Assembly (NCBI GenBank): GCA_964510165.1
Contig: CAZEBC010000004.1
Span: 15,879-50,496, forward strand
Direction of reading: 5' to 3'
DNA length: 34,618 bases
Source: an uncultured bacterium
Lineage (GTDB): Bacteria; Abyssobacteria; SURF-5
The position numbers and the translations under genes are program-made. Numbering within the stretch: the stretch's first letter is position 1; each line of letters opens with the position of its first letter. The notes beneath the pieces were generated by a model. It did no database searches and was not told where the DNA came from. It saw only the letters and a list, made by a program, of their open reading frames with translations. Shown here one piece after another: positions 16,954-24,725 of the stretch.

Positions 16954-18633
16954 ATGCATGCAATCACAACCGACGTACTCGTGATCGGCGCCGGCGGCGC
17001 CGGCGTGATGGCCGCCGTTGAGGCCGCCTCGCGCGGAGTGGATGTCGTAATAGTCTCGAAGGAGCCGCTCGGCTACGGCGACACGCGCATATCGCTCGGC
17101 GTCATGTCCACCTCGCCCGACCCCGAGATCGGCGACTCCGAGGACCAATTCGTCGAGGACATGATGCGAGGCGGCGAAGGCCTGAACGACCCCAGGCTCG
17201 TGCGCGCGCTCGTTCACGACGCGCTCGATGCGACCGTCTCCTTCGAGGGTTTCGGCCACATCTTCTCTCGCGATGACAGCGGGCGCCTGATGCGGCTGGC
17301 GTTTCCGCCCGGCGGGCATTCCATCTCGCGCGCGATCGCCAGTCCCGCGGTCGGCATCTCGATGGGACACGCGATGCGGGCGGCAGCCGCGCGTTCCAAT
17401 GTGCGCGTGCTCGAAGAGACGATATGCTCGGAACTCCTCCTCTCCGACGGCGAGGTGGTCGGCGCGGCCGCGCTCAAGATCGCCTCCGGCGAGCAGATCG
17501 CGATTCTGGCAAGGTCCACAATCATAGCCTCCGGCGGCGCGGGGTCGCTATATTATCCGCATACCGACTGCATGCCGTCTGTCACGGGCGACAGCTATGG
17601 CCTCGCGCTCTCTGCGGGCGCGGAACTGGTGGACATGGAACAGGTGCAGTTCCTGCCGTTCGCCATCACACATCCGCCCGCCATGCTGGGCGCGCCATGC
17701 GGCGAACCGGCCATGGCCGGCCCATTCGGGCGCCTTCTGAACAACAGGGGAGACGTGGTGCTCGAAAACATCATGCCGATGACCCGCGCGCAGGTGGCGC
17801 GCATCATCGTGGAGGAAATCCGCCGCGGAGGCGCAACCGAGCAAGGCGGCCTGCTGCTCGACCTCAGGCCGAATGTCGAGGCCGACGCGGATGGCCTCTT
17901 CATCGCGCTCATGAGGAAAATGGGCGGGCCGTTCCTCGACATTATCCGGCGGGCGTACGGCGAAAAGGCCGCAAACCTGGAGGAGCCGTGGGATGTGCTT
18001 CCCACGGTCCACTACATGATGGGCGGAATCAAGACCGACGAGTGGTGCCGCAGCCGCGCACCCGGCCTCTACGCCTGCGGACAGGCCCAGGGCGGCGTCA
18101 TGGGCGGCAACAGGCTTGGCTCGACCTCGCTCACCGAGGTGTTCGTCTTCGGAAAACGGGCGGGTGTAAAGGCAGCCGAAGAAGCGAAATCGCGCGCGCT
18201 TCCGAGCGACAAGGTCGCTCGGGGGCCTCTGGAAAAATTGCGCGCGCTCTCCGGAGCGTCAGGCAGGCACCGGCCCGTCACAATCAAGCGCGAACTCCAG
18301 ACGCTCATGTGGGAGAAGGTCGGCCCGCTGCGCGACACCGAGGGTTTGGACGAAGCCCTGGCCAGGATACACGACCTAAGGCAAAAGACATCCGACCTTC
18401 GGATCGGAGGACCCGTCAGGTATAATACTGAGGCCACGGACGCCATTGAACTGCCTCACATGCTCTCGACCGCCGAGGCGATAGTGCTCTCGGCCATCGA
18501 GAGGGCGGAATCGCGCGGCGCTCACGTGAGGTCTGATTTCCCCGAGCGCGACGACGCCCTTCAGAGGGTAAACATGGCGGTCGAGATGAGCGGCGGCCGG
18601 CCGCACGTGCGGCGCGTGGAGAAAGATTCGTGA
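16954..18633 (+). CDS. SdhA/FrdA/NadB-family flavoprotein (substrate probably not fumarate)
   Basis: 559 aa; VIGAGGAG, ASGGAG, TGD, DMEQVQF, PTVHYMMGG, GGNRLGSTSL, RAESRGAHVRSDFP. Confidence 0.9.
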   Translation: MHAITTDVLVIGAGGAGVMAAVEAASRGVDVVIVSKEPLGYGDTRISLGVMSTSPDPEIGDSEDQFVEDMMRGGEGLNDPRLVRALVHDALDATVSFEGFGHIFSRDDSGRLMRLAFPPGGHSISRAIASPAVGISMGHAMRAAAARSNVRVLEETICSELLLSDGEVVGAAALKIASGEQIAILARSTIIASGGAGSLYYPHTDCMPSVTGDSYGLALSAGAELVDMEQVQFLPFAITHPPAMLGAPCGEPAMAGPFGRLLNNRGDVVLENIMPMTRAQVARIIVEEIRRGGATEQGGLLLDLRPNVEADADGLFIALMRKMGGPFLDIIRRAYGEKAANLEEPWDVLPTVHYMMGGIKTDEWCRSRAPGLYACGQAQGGVMGGNRLGSTSLTEVFVFGKRAGVKAAEEAKSRALPSDKVARGPLEKLRALSGASGRHRPVTIKRELQTLMWEKVGPLRDTEGLDEALARIHDLRQKTSDLRIGGPVRYNTEATDAIELPHMLSTAEAIVLSAIERAESRGAHVRSDFPERDDALQRVNMAVEMSGGRPHVRRVEKDS

Positions 18634-19298
18634 ACATTACGGTATCCATCAGACGCGGCAACTCCGAAGCGGGCGCGCATGAATGGGTTGACTACACCAT
18701 CACCGCCCATGAGCGAATGAGCGTGCTTGAAGCGCTCATGCACATTTACGAGAATGTGGACCCCACGCTGGCCTTCCGTTTCGGGTGCCGCTTCAACAAG
18801 TGCGGCCTCTGCGCCCTTGAGGTTGATGGCCGCCCAAGGATGGGATGTTTCACTGAAATAAAGGACGGCATGAAGCTGGCGCCGCTCCGCGGCATGCCCG
18901 TTGTTCGCGACCTGGTGGTCGACAGGGCCGCGTTCTTCGAGACGCTCCGCGAACTTCGGTTGCATATCCCGCTGCCCGACGACCTGTCCGCTCCGGTGAT
19001 CATCACCGAGCCGGAAACGCACAAAAAACTGCTTCACTGCGTGGAATGCCTCGCGTGCAATGCCACATGCCCCAATTATGAGTTCGGAAAAAAACCGTTC
19101 GCCGGACCGTATGTGTTCGTGAAGCTGGCGCAATTGCACTTTGACCCCCGGAACACCATCGAACGGCGGGCTCAGGCACGCGACCTCGGCGTCGCGGCCT
19201 GCGCCGCCTGTAGGAAATGTTACTGCATCCATGGGATCAACATACATCGTGACGCGGTCGGAGTTCTTCTGGGTGCTCTACCCGCCGTAAACGGGTAA
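18630..19298 (+). CDS. SdhB/FrdB-like iron-sulfur subunit
   Basis: 222 aa; CRFNKCGLC-x11-C [2Fe-2S], VVRDLVVD, CVECLACNATCP, CAACRKCYC; GTGA overlap with the flavoprotein stop. Confidence 0.9.
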   Translation: MNITVSIRRGNSEAGAHEWVDYTITAHERMSVLEALMHIYENVDPTLAFRFGCRFNKCGLCALEVDGRPRMGCFTEIKDGMKLAPLRGMPVVRDLVVDRAAFFETLRELRLHIPLPDDLSAPVIITEPETHKKLLHCVECLACNATCPNYEFGKKPFAGPYVFVKLAQLHFDPRNTIERRAQARDLGVAACAACRKCYCIHGINIHRDAVGVLLGALPAVNG

Positions 19299-19343
19299 GC
19301 GAAAGTGTCCCGTAATCGTCGTTTCCGTGTTTGACGTTGGCTG

Positions 19344-19413
19344 TTCTTTGTGCCTTTGCGTCTTTGTGGTTGATATGATCCCCTTTCAGCGAAAATCTGC
19401 GTAATCTGCGGAT
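19344..19413. repeat. Short 8-9-mer tandem repeat patches
   Basis: ctttgtgc-ctttgcgt-ctttgtgg and aatctgcgt-aatctgcgg. Confidence 0.55.
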
Positions 19414-19450
19414 AAGAAACACCCGCGGGTTCCCTCACAGGAGAAAACGA

Positions 19451-20626
19451 ATGAAGAAATACGGGTGGCTTCTGGGTGTCATCATAGCGTTGCTGATTGT
19501 CCTTGCGATTGTGTACCGCGAGCCGCTCGTGCTCCGCATTACCGGCGTCAGGCCGTTCGTCGAGGACCGGTTCGACGGATGGGTTGCGGCGGGGATAAGC
19601 GAAAAGGAATTGGGCGACGCGCTGGAGCGCATTCACGACCTGCGCGGGTCGGGCCCCGGCTCGTGGGTACACGAGCTCCGCGTGCCCGCCGAACGTCATG
19701 AGCTTATCGCAACCGACGCCGAGCTTGCAGGCGACATGGCGACCGCCGCACAGGAATACAAGAAGGCGGCCGTCTTCTATTTTGTCGCGCGATTTCCGTT
19801 CCTCTCTTCTCCCGCCAAGGCCGAAGCCTATCGCAAACATATCCAATGCTACCTCGACGCCGCGAAATACTTTGATCCCCCGCTCACGGTCGTGAGGATT
19901 CCTTTCGAGGAAAAGGAAATAATCGGCTATCTGCGAATCCCGCCGGTCGAAAGACCGCCGGTGGTGGTCTTGACGGGCGGAGTGGACACGTGGAAAAGCG
20001 ATATCGACAACCATGTGGAGGCGATGCTCGCCGAGGGCATGGCAACCTTCACCTTCGATATGCCGGGCACCGGCGAGAGCCAGTGGCCGCTTGAGCCCGA
20101 TTCCGACAGAGTCTACAGCGCCGTCGTCCGTTACCTGAAAGCCCGGCCCGACCTCGACGGCGACAGGATCGGCGTGCATCTTATGAGTTTTGCCGGGCTG
20201 TTCGCGGTGAAACTGGCGCTCGTCGACCCTAACGTCAAGGCGGCCGTCAATATCGGAGGACCGATTCATCTCGCGTTCACCGCAGACCACATAAGGAAGG
20301 TGGACCCGGTCATGGTCACCACAATAGCCCATGCCATGCACGAGGACCTGGAGGCCGATTTCGATACGATGGTCGCAAGAGCCAAACCTATGTCGCTCAG
20401 CACCCAAGGTCTGCTCAAGAAGCCCGAGCGCCAGGCGGCGCTGCTCAGCATAAAAGGAGATGAGGATCCCCTAGTTCCGATTGACGATCTGTATATCATC
20501 TCGAAGAGCGGAATAGAGCAGGAGGAATGGGTGTATAAGGGTGACGGTCACTGCGCCCACAAGAACACGAAGGATTATGTTCCGAAGGCTGCGAACTGGT
20601 TGAAAGTGAAGCTTTCTACTTTATAG
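19451..20626 (+). CDS. Membrane-anchored alpha/beta hydrolase (FrsA/DHPON-hydrolase/Ayg1-like)
   Basis: 391 aa; N-terminal TM, ARFP, GGVDTWK, DMPGTGES, HLMSFAG nucleophile elbow, GDEDP Asp, GDGH His; AGGAG RBS. Confidence 0.82.
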   Translation: MKKYGWLLGVIIALLIVLAIVYREPLVLRITGVRPFVEDRFDGWVAAGISEKELGDALERIHDLRGSGPGSWVHELRVPAERHELIATDAELAGDMATAAQEYKKAAVFYFVARFPFLSSPAKAEAYRKHIQCYLDAAKYFDPPLTVVRIPFEEKEIIGYLRIPPVERPPVVVLTGGVDTWKSDIDNHVEAMLAEGMATFTFDMPGTGESQWPLEPDSDRVYSAVVRYLKARPDLDGDRIGVHLMSFAGLFAVKLALVDPNVKAAVNIGGPIHLAFTADHIRKVDPVMVTTIAHAMHEDLEADFDTMVARAKPMSLSTQGLLKKPERQAALLSIKGDEDPLVPIDDLYIISKSGIEQEEWVYKGDGHCAHKNTKDYVPKAANWLKVKLSTL

Positions 20627-20636
20627 TGCCGCCACG

Positions 20637-20666
20637 TTGCCTTGACCCGGCCCGGTATGGTATTAT
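20637..20666 (+). promoter_or_regulatory. Possible sigma70 promoter for the abfD-like gene
   Basis: TTGCCT (20637-20642), 18 nt, TGn-TATTAT (20661-20666). Confidence 0.45.
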
Positions 20667-20750
20667 GAGGTGCTCGCGGACGCGAGAACCTGGATGTGGC
20701 AATTTTTGCCTTCACGCTGGCTTTGTGTCCTCACAAAAGGGAGCAACATC

Positions 20751-22214
20751 ATGCGCACGAAACAACAATACATGGACGGCCTGAAAAAAATGCGCCGAAA
20801 CCTCTACGTCAACGGCGAGAAAATCGACCGCGTTGACGAACAGCAGATGGACTGCCTCAACACTATCGGTCTGACCTTCGATTATGCGAACAACCCGGAA
20901 TATGAAGGCCTGTGCACCGCTACCTCTCACCTCACCGGGCAGAAGATAAACCGGTTCTGCCATATCCATCACAGCACCGAGGACCTGCACAAGAAGCAGG
21001 ACATGACCCGTATGCTCTGCCGTGTGGCCGGCGGATGCATCCAGAGATGCATGGGCATTGACGGCTCCAATGCAATCTACGCGGTCTCCTATGAAGCAGA
21101 CAAAGACAACAATGGCGCTACCGAGTACCACAAGAATTTCAAGAAGTGGCTCGAGCGGTTCCAAAATGAAGACCTTGTGGGCTGCTGCGCGCAGACCGAT
21201 GTGAAGGGCCATCGCATGAGGCGCCCGAGCGAGCAGGAGGACCCGGACCTCTACCTCCGCGTGGTCGAGAGAAAGAGCGACGGCGTCGTGGTGCGCGGCT
21301 GCAAGGTGCACAATTCCGAAGCCTCAGTCGCCGACGAGATACTTGTGGTCCCGACCCGCGCACTCAAGCCCGAGGAGAAAGACTGGGCGATCGCCTTTGC
21401 GCTTCCCGCCGACTGGGAGGGCATCAAGCAGGTGGTGAGCATTCACAACTTGCGCCCGCGCAAGCATTTCCCGAGAGGCTTCACTCCCGGCGCCACCGAT
21501 TCCTATACAATCTTCGATAACGTGTTTGTCCCGTGGGAGCGCGTGTTCCTGTGCGGCGAGACGGTTCACGGAGGCGCCTGCGCGCTGCTGTTCGCACTGT
21601 TCCACCGTCACAGCTACTCCGGCTGCAAGCCCGCCATCGGAGACCTGCTGCTCGGGACCGCCGCCCTGATTGCCGAGTACAACGGCATACAGAAGGCCTC
21701 GCATGTGCGCGCCAAGCTGTCGGAATTCATCAAGGTGACCGAACTCGGATACGCCGCCGGCTTTACGGCCTCCGCGCTGGGCGGGACCAACCTGTTCGTG
21801 CCGACACTGGGCAAAGTGCCGTATGGCCCGGGCAATTACATACCCGACTCGATCTACGCGAACGTCGGACGCTGCCTCACAGGCGAGGCGGTGTTCCACG
21901 AGAGCGAGATGCTCTGCGACCTCGCGGGCGGTATCCCGGCGACGTTCCCGTACGAAGGCGATTTCGTCAACCCCGATACGAAAGACCTTCTGAACAAATA
22001 CATCATGCGCAACCCCGACATTTCGCCCGAAAATGCGGCCCAACTGTGGCGCTACGTCGGCGACCTGCTTTGCTCCTCGAGCGCGGGCGTGCACGCCTTC
22101 GGCAGCTATCATGGGGGCGGTTCGCCGATCATGGAGCAGATCGCGATCACCTCGCAGTATGACATCGAGTCGCGCAAGGAGATGGTAAAGCGGCTCGCGG
22201 GCATCAAGGACTGA
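20751..22214 (+). CDS. 4-hydroxybutyryl-CoA dehydratase (AbfD)-like FAD/[4Fe-4S] enzyme, HpaB fold
   Basis: 487 aa from ATG 20751; INRFCH, CIQRC, AQTDVKG, IFDNVFVPWERVF, HRHSYSGCK, DLAGG, HGGGSP. Confidence 0.85.
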   Translation: MRTKQQYMDGLKKMRRNLYVNGEKIDRVDEQQMDCLNTIGLTFDYANNPEYEGLCTATSHLTGQKINRFCHIHHSTEDLHKKQDMTRMLCRVAGGCIQRCMGIDGSNAIYAVSYEADKDNNGATEYHKNFKKWLERFQNEDLVGCCAQTDVKGHRMRRPSEQEDPDLYLRVVERKSDGVVVRGCKVHNSEASVADEILVVPTRALKPEEKDWAIAFALPADWEGIKQVVSIHNLRPRKHFPRGFTPGATDSYTIFDNVFVPWERVFLCGETVHGGACALLFALFHRHSYSGCKPAIGDLLLGTAALIAEYNGIQKASHVRAKLSEFIKVTELGYAAGFTASALGGTNLFVPTLGKVPYGPGNYIPDSIYANVGRCLTGEAVFHESEMLCDLAGGIPATFPYEGDFVNPDTKDLLNKYIMRNPDISPENAAQLWRYVGDLLCSSSAGVHAFGSYHGGGSPIMEQIAITSQYDIESRKEMVKRLAGIKD

Positions 22215-22287
22215 GCCGGGCGATTCCGAGCGATGCGTCCTGCTGCATTCCCGAAAAGACGATGGGCGAATGAATTGTAAGTGATTT

Positions 22288-22311
22288 GTAGGGGCGCACG
22301 GTGTGCGCCCT
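22288..22311 (+). repeat. GTAG-type REP element
   Basis: GTAG-gggcgcac-ggt-gtgcgccc. Confidence 0.75.
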
Positions 22312-22338
22312 TATTCCCAAACGATGCAGGAGAACTGA

Positions 22339-23184
22339 ATGAGCTACCAACAAATCCTGTTTGAGACCGCCGACCAGATCGCCACGATCACGCTGAATCG
22401 GCCCGAGCGCCTTAATGCGTTCACGTATGTGCTCGCCGCCGAAATGGTCGATGCGCTCCAGAAAGTGGACCAGAACGACGACCTTCGCGTCACTATCCTG
22501 ACTGGCGCGGGGCGCGGTTTCTGCGCGGGGATGGACCTTGGCGCCGGTGGCAGCACATTTGATCCTTCGGCCCAACGGCAACAACCGTCAGAAGGCGCCG
22601 AGCGCATGACCCGCATCGGCAATCTGCTTGCGGCATTGCTCGACTTGAAGAAGCCGATCATCGTGGCGGTGAACGGGCCGGCCGTCGGGGTCGGCCTCAC
22701 CATGATCCTGCCGATGGACATCCGCATCGCCGCCCAAAGCGCGCGCTTCGGGATGGTGTTCGTACGAAGGGGGGTCATCCCTGAGCTTGCGAGTCCGTGG
22801 TTTCTGCCGCGAATTGTTGGCGTCAGCAAAGCGGCAGAGCTGATGTATACGGGGAGGATCATCGGGGCGCAGGAAGCACTGGATTGTAAGCTTGTGAGCC
22901 GCGTGGTTCCCGACGCCGAGCTTCTGCCGGCCGCGCGCGAGCTTGCCTTGGAGATAGCGACGAAGACGGCCCCCGTCAGCGTGGCCCTCACCAAGCATAT
23001 GCTGTGGAAGTTCCTCGCGATGGCGGACATCGAGAAGGCCGAGGAAATCAACCACACCTACTTTGCGTGGTCGGGGACTCAGCCGGACTGCAATGAGGGC
23101 ATCGTGTCGTTCCTGGAGAAACGGCCACCCCGCTGGACGATGAAAGTGAGCAAGGACATGCCGGAGTTTTTCCCGTTGCAGTAG
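22339..23184 (+). CDS. Crotonase-fold enoyl-CoA hydratase/isomerase
   Basis: 281 aa; TLNRPERLNA, GRGFCAGMDL, KPIIVAVNGPAVGVG, EGIVSFLEKRPP; AGGAG RBS. Confidence 0.93.
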   Translation: MSYQQILFETADQIATITLNRPERLNAFTYVLAAEMVDALQKVDQNDDLRVTILTGAGRGFCAGMDLGAGGSTFDPSAQRQQPSEGAERMTRIGNLLAALLDLKKPIIVAVNGPAVGVGLTMILPMDIRIAAQSARFGMVFVRRGVIPELASPWFLPRIVGVSKAAELMYTGRIIGAQEALDCKLVSRVVPDAELLPAARELALEIATKTAPVSVALTKHMLWKFLAMADIEKAEEINHTYFAWSGTQPDCNEGIVSFLEKRPPRWTMKVSKDMPEFFPLQ

Positions 23185-23202
23185 GGCCGAATTCATTCAG
23201 CC
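23181..23202 (+). repeat. GTAG-type REP element overlapping the stop codon
   Basis: GTAG-ggccgaat-tc-attcagcc (one mismatch). Confidence 0.65.
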
Positions 23203-23217
23203 AATGTGTGCTCCTGG

Positions 23218-23330
23218 GTCATTGCGAGGAGCGAAGGGCCGCAGACCCAAGCGACGCGGCAATCCCGATAGCATGCGGGACGAGCAATCGGGATTGCTTC
23301 GGTCGGGCACTTGCCCTCCCTCGCAATGAC
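23218..23330. repeat. 113-bp nested palindromic element (GTCATTGCGAGG...CCTCGCAATGAC; RPE/MITE-like)
   Basis: Perfect 12-bp terminal IR (23218-23229 / 23319-23330) and inner 11-bp IR gcaatcccgat (23259-23269) / atcgggattgc (23287-23297). Confidence 0.8.
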
Positions 23331-23441
23331 AGGGCCCATCAACCCCAGACGAGACAGCGCATACGTTCTCGCTCTTGCGAGAATGACATAGTGCGACGCG
23401 TAAGGGATACTTCAAGAAGAAAAACACAAAGGAGTTGAACC

Positions 23442-24644
23442 ATGAACGAACCCGTAATCGCAGGGTATTTGAGAACCGCACAATCCAGGTCCCGTCCGAA
23501 TGATCCGGCTCGCGACTGGTTCGGACAAGTCAGGGCCGACACGCTTGCCGCGGCCGTGGCCCAGGAACTGATCAAGCGGACCGGCATCGATCCGAAGATC
23601 ATCGACAACTGCGTCACCGGCTCCGCCATGGGAGTCAATGAGCAGTGGTCGTACGGCGGCAGGATGCCGATCTTCCTCGCAAACCTGCCCGAGACCATCG
23701 CCGCTCGCTTTGTTGACCAGCAGTGCGGGTCAGCCATGGCCGCCGTGCAGATCGGCTCCATGGAGATCATGCTGGGCTACTCCGACGTCGTCCTCTGTCT
23801 GGGAATGGAACACATGAGCCGCGTGCCGATGGACATGGTCGCGCGCGGCAGCGACGCGATTCGCCCCAACCCAGACCTGATCGGCGACGAGAAGTACCAC
23901 CATTGGGACATGATGACCACCATGAACATGGGGCTTACCGCCGAGAAGCTGGCCGCCAAGGCCGGTATCACGCGGGAGCAGATGGATGCGTGGGGCAAGC
24001 GCAGCCACGACCTCGCAGTGAAAGCCCGCGAGGAGGGCTTCTTCAAGGATGAAATCCTTCCCTTCGAGGCGCCCCAAGCCGACGGCAAAACCCTGGTCGT
24101 TGACACGGACCAGGCGGTCCGCGCCGGGACAACCCTGGAAGACATGGCAAAGCTGAAGCCCGCCTTCAGGCCCGACGGCGTCATCACTGCCGGCAACTCC
24201 TCTCCGCTCAATGCGGCGGCGACCGGGATGATCCTTATGTCCAAAACGACCGCGAAGAAATTGGGCATCAAACCGCTCGCAACCATTCGTTCGATGGGAT
24301 GGTCGGGGGTTGACCCCACGATCATGGGCGCCGGCCCGGTTCCGGCGAGCAAGAAGGCCCTCGACAAAGCTGGCCTCAAGGCGAAGGACATAGACTACTG
24401 GGAGATCAACGAGGCGTTCTGCGTGGTCGCGCTCAACTGCATAAAGGAGTTGGGCATTGACCCGAACAAAGTCAACGTGATGGGCGGCGGCACGGCCATC
24501 GGGCACCCGCTTGGAGCGACCGGCATCCGCCTGATCGGCACGCTGGCCCGAATCCTCCAATGGAAGAAAGGTCGTTACGGCCTTGCCAACGCATGCGTAG
24601 GCGGCGGCCAGGGCATCGCGACCATCATCGAGAGGGAAGCGTAA
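23442..24644 (+). CDS. Acetyl-CoA C-acyltransferase (thiolase)
   Basis: 400 aa; QQCGS (Cys), MGLTAE, TAGNSS, EINEAF, AIGHPLGATG, CVGGGQG; AAGGAG RBS. Confidence 0.95.
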   Translation: MNEPVIAGYLRTAQSRSRPNDPARDWFGQVRADTLAAAVAQELIKRTGIDPKIIDNCVTGSAMGVNEQWSYGGRMPIFLANLPETIAARFVDQQCGSAMAAVQIGSMEIMLGYSDVVLCLGMEHMSRVPMDMVARGSDAIRPNPDLIGDEKYHHWDMMTTMNMGLTAEKLAAKAGITREQMDAWGKRSHDLAVKAREEGFFKDEILPFEAPQADGKTLVVDTDQAVRAGTTLEDMAKLKPAFRPDGVITAGNSSPLNAAATGMILMSKTTAKKLGIKPLATIRSMGWSGVDPTIMGAGPVPASKKALDKAGLKAKDIDYWEINEAFCVVALNCIKELGIDPNKVNVMGGGTAIGHPLGATGIRLIGTLARILQWKKGRYGLANACVGGGQGIATIIEREA

Positions 24645-24667
24645 AGACGTGACGTCTGATTGAGCAA

Positions 24668-24697
24668 TGTAGGGGCACGGCGCGCCGTGCCCCTACA
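24668..24697. repeat. GTAG-type REP, perfect 30-bp palindrome
   Basis: tgtaggggcacggcg|cgccgtgcccctaca. Confidence 0.85.
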
Positions 24698-24725
24698 ATA
24701 TTTCTGGAGAGATGGAGGGCCTGCC

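Noticed and set aside
20751-22214. Annotation as 4-hydroxyphenylacetate 3-monooxygenase (HpaB)
   Set aside because: Presence of C-x3-C and H-x6-C Fe-S ligands and the CoA-pathway context indicate the AbfD branch.
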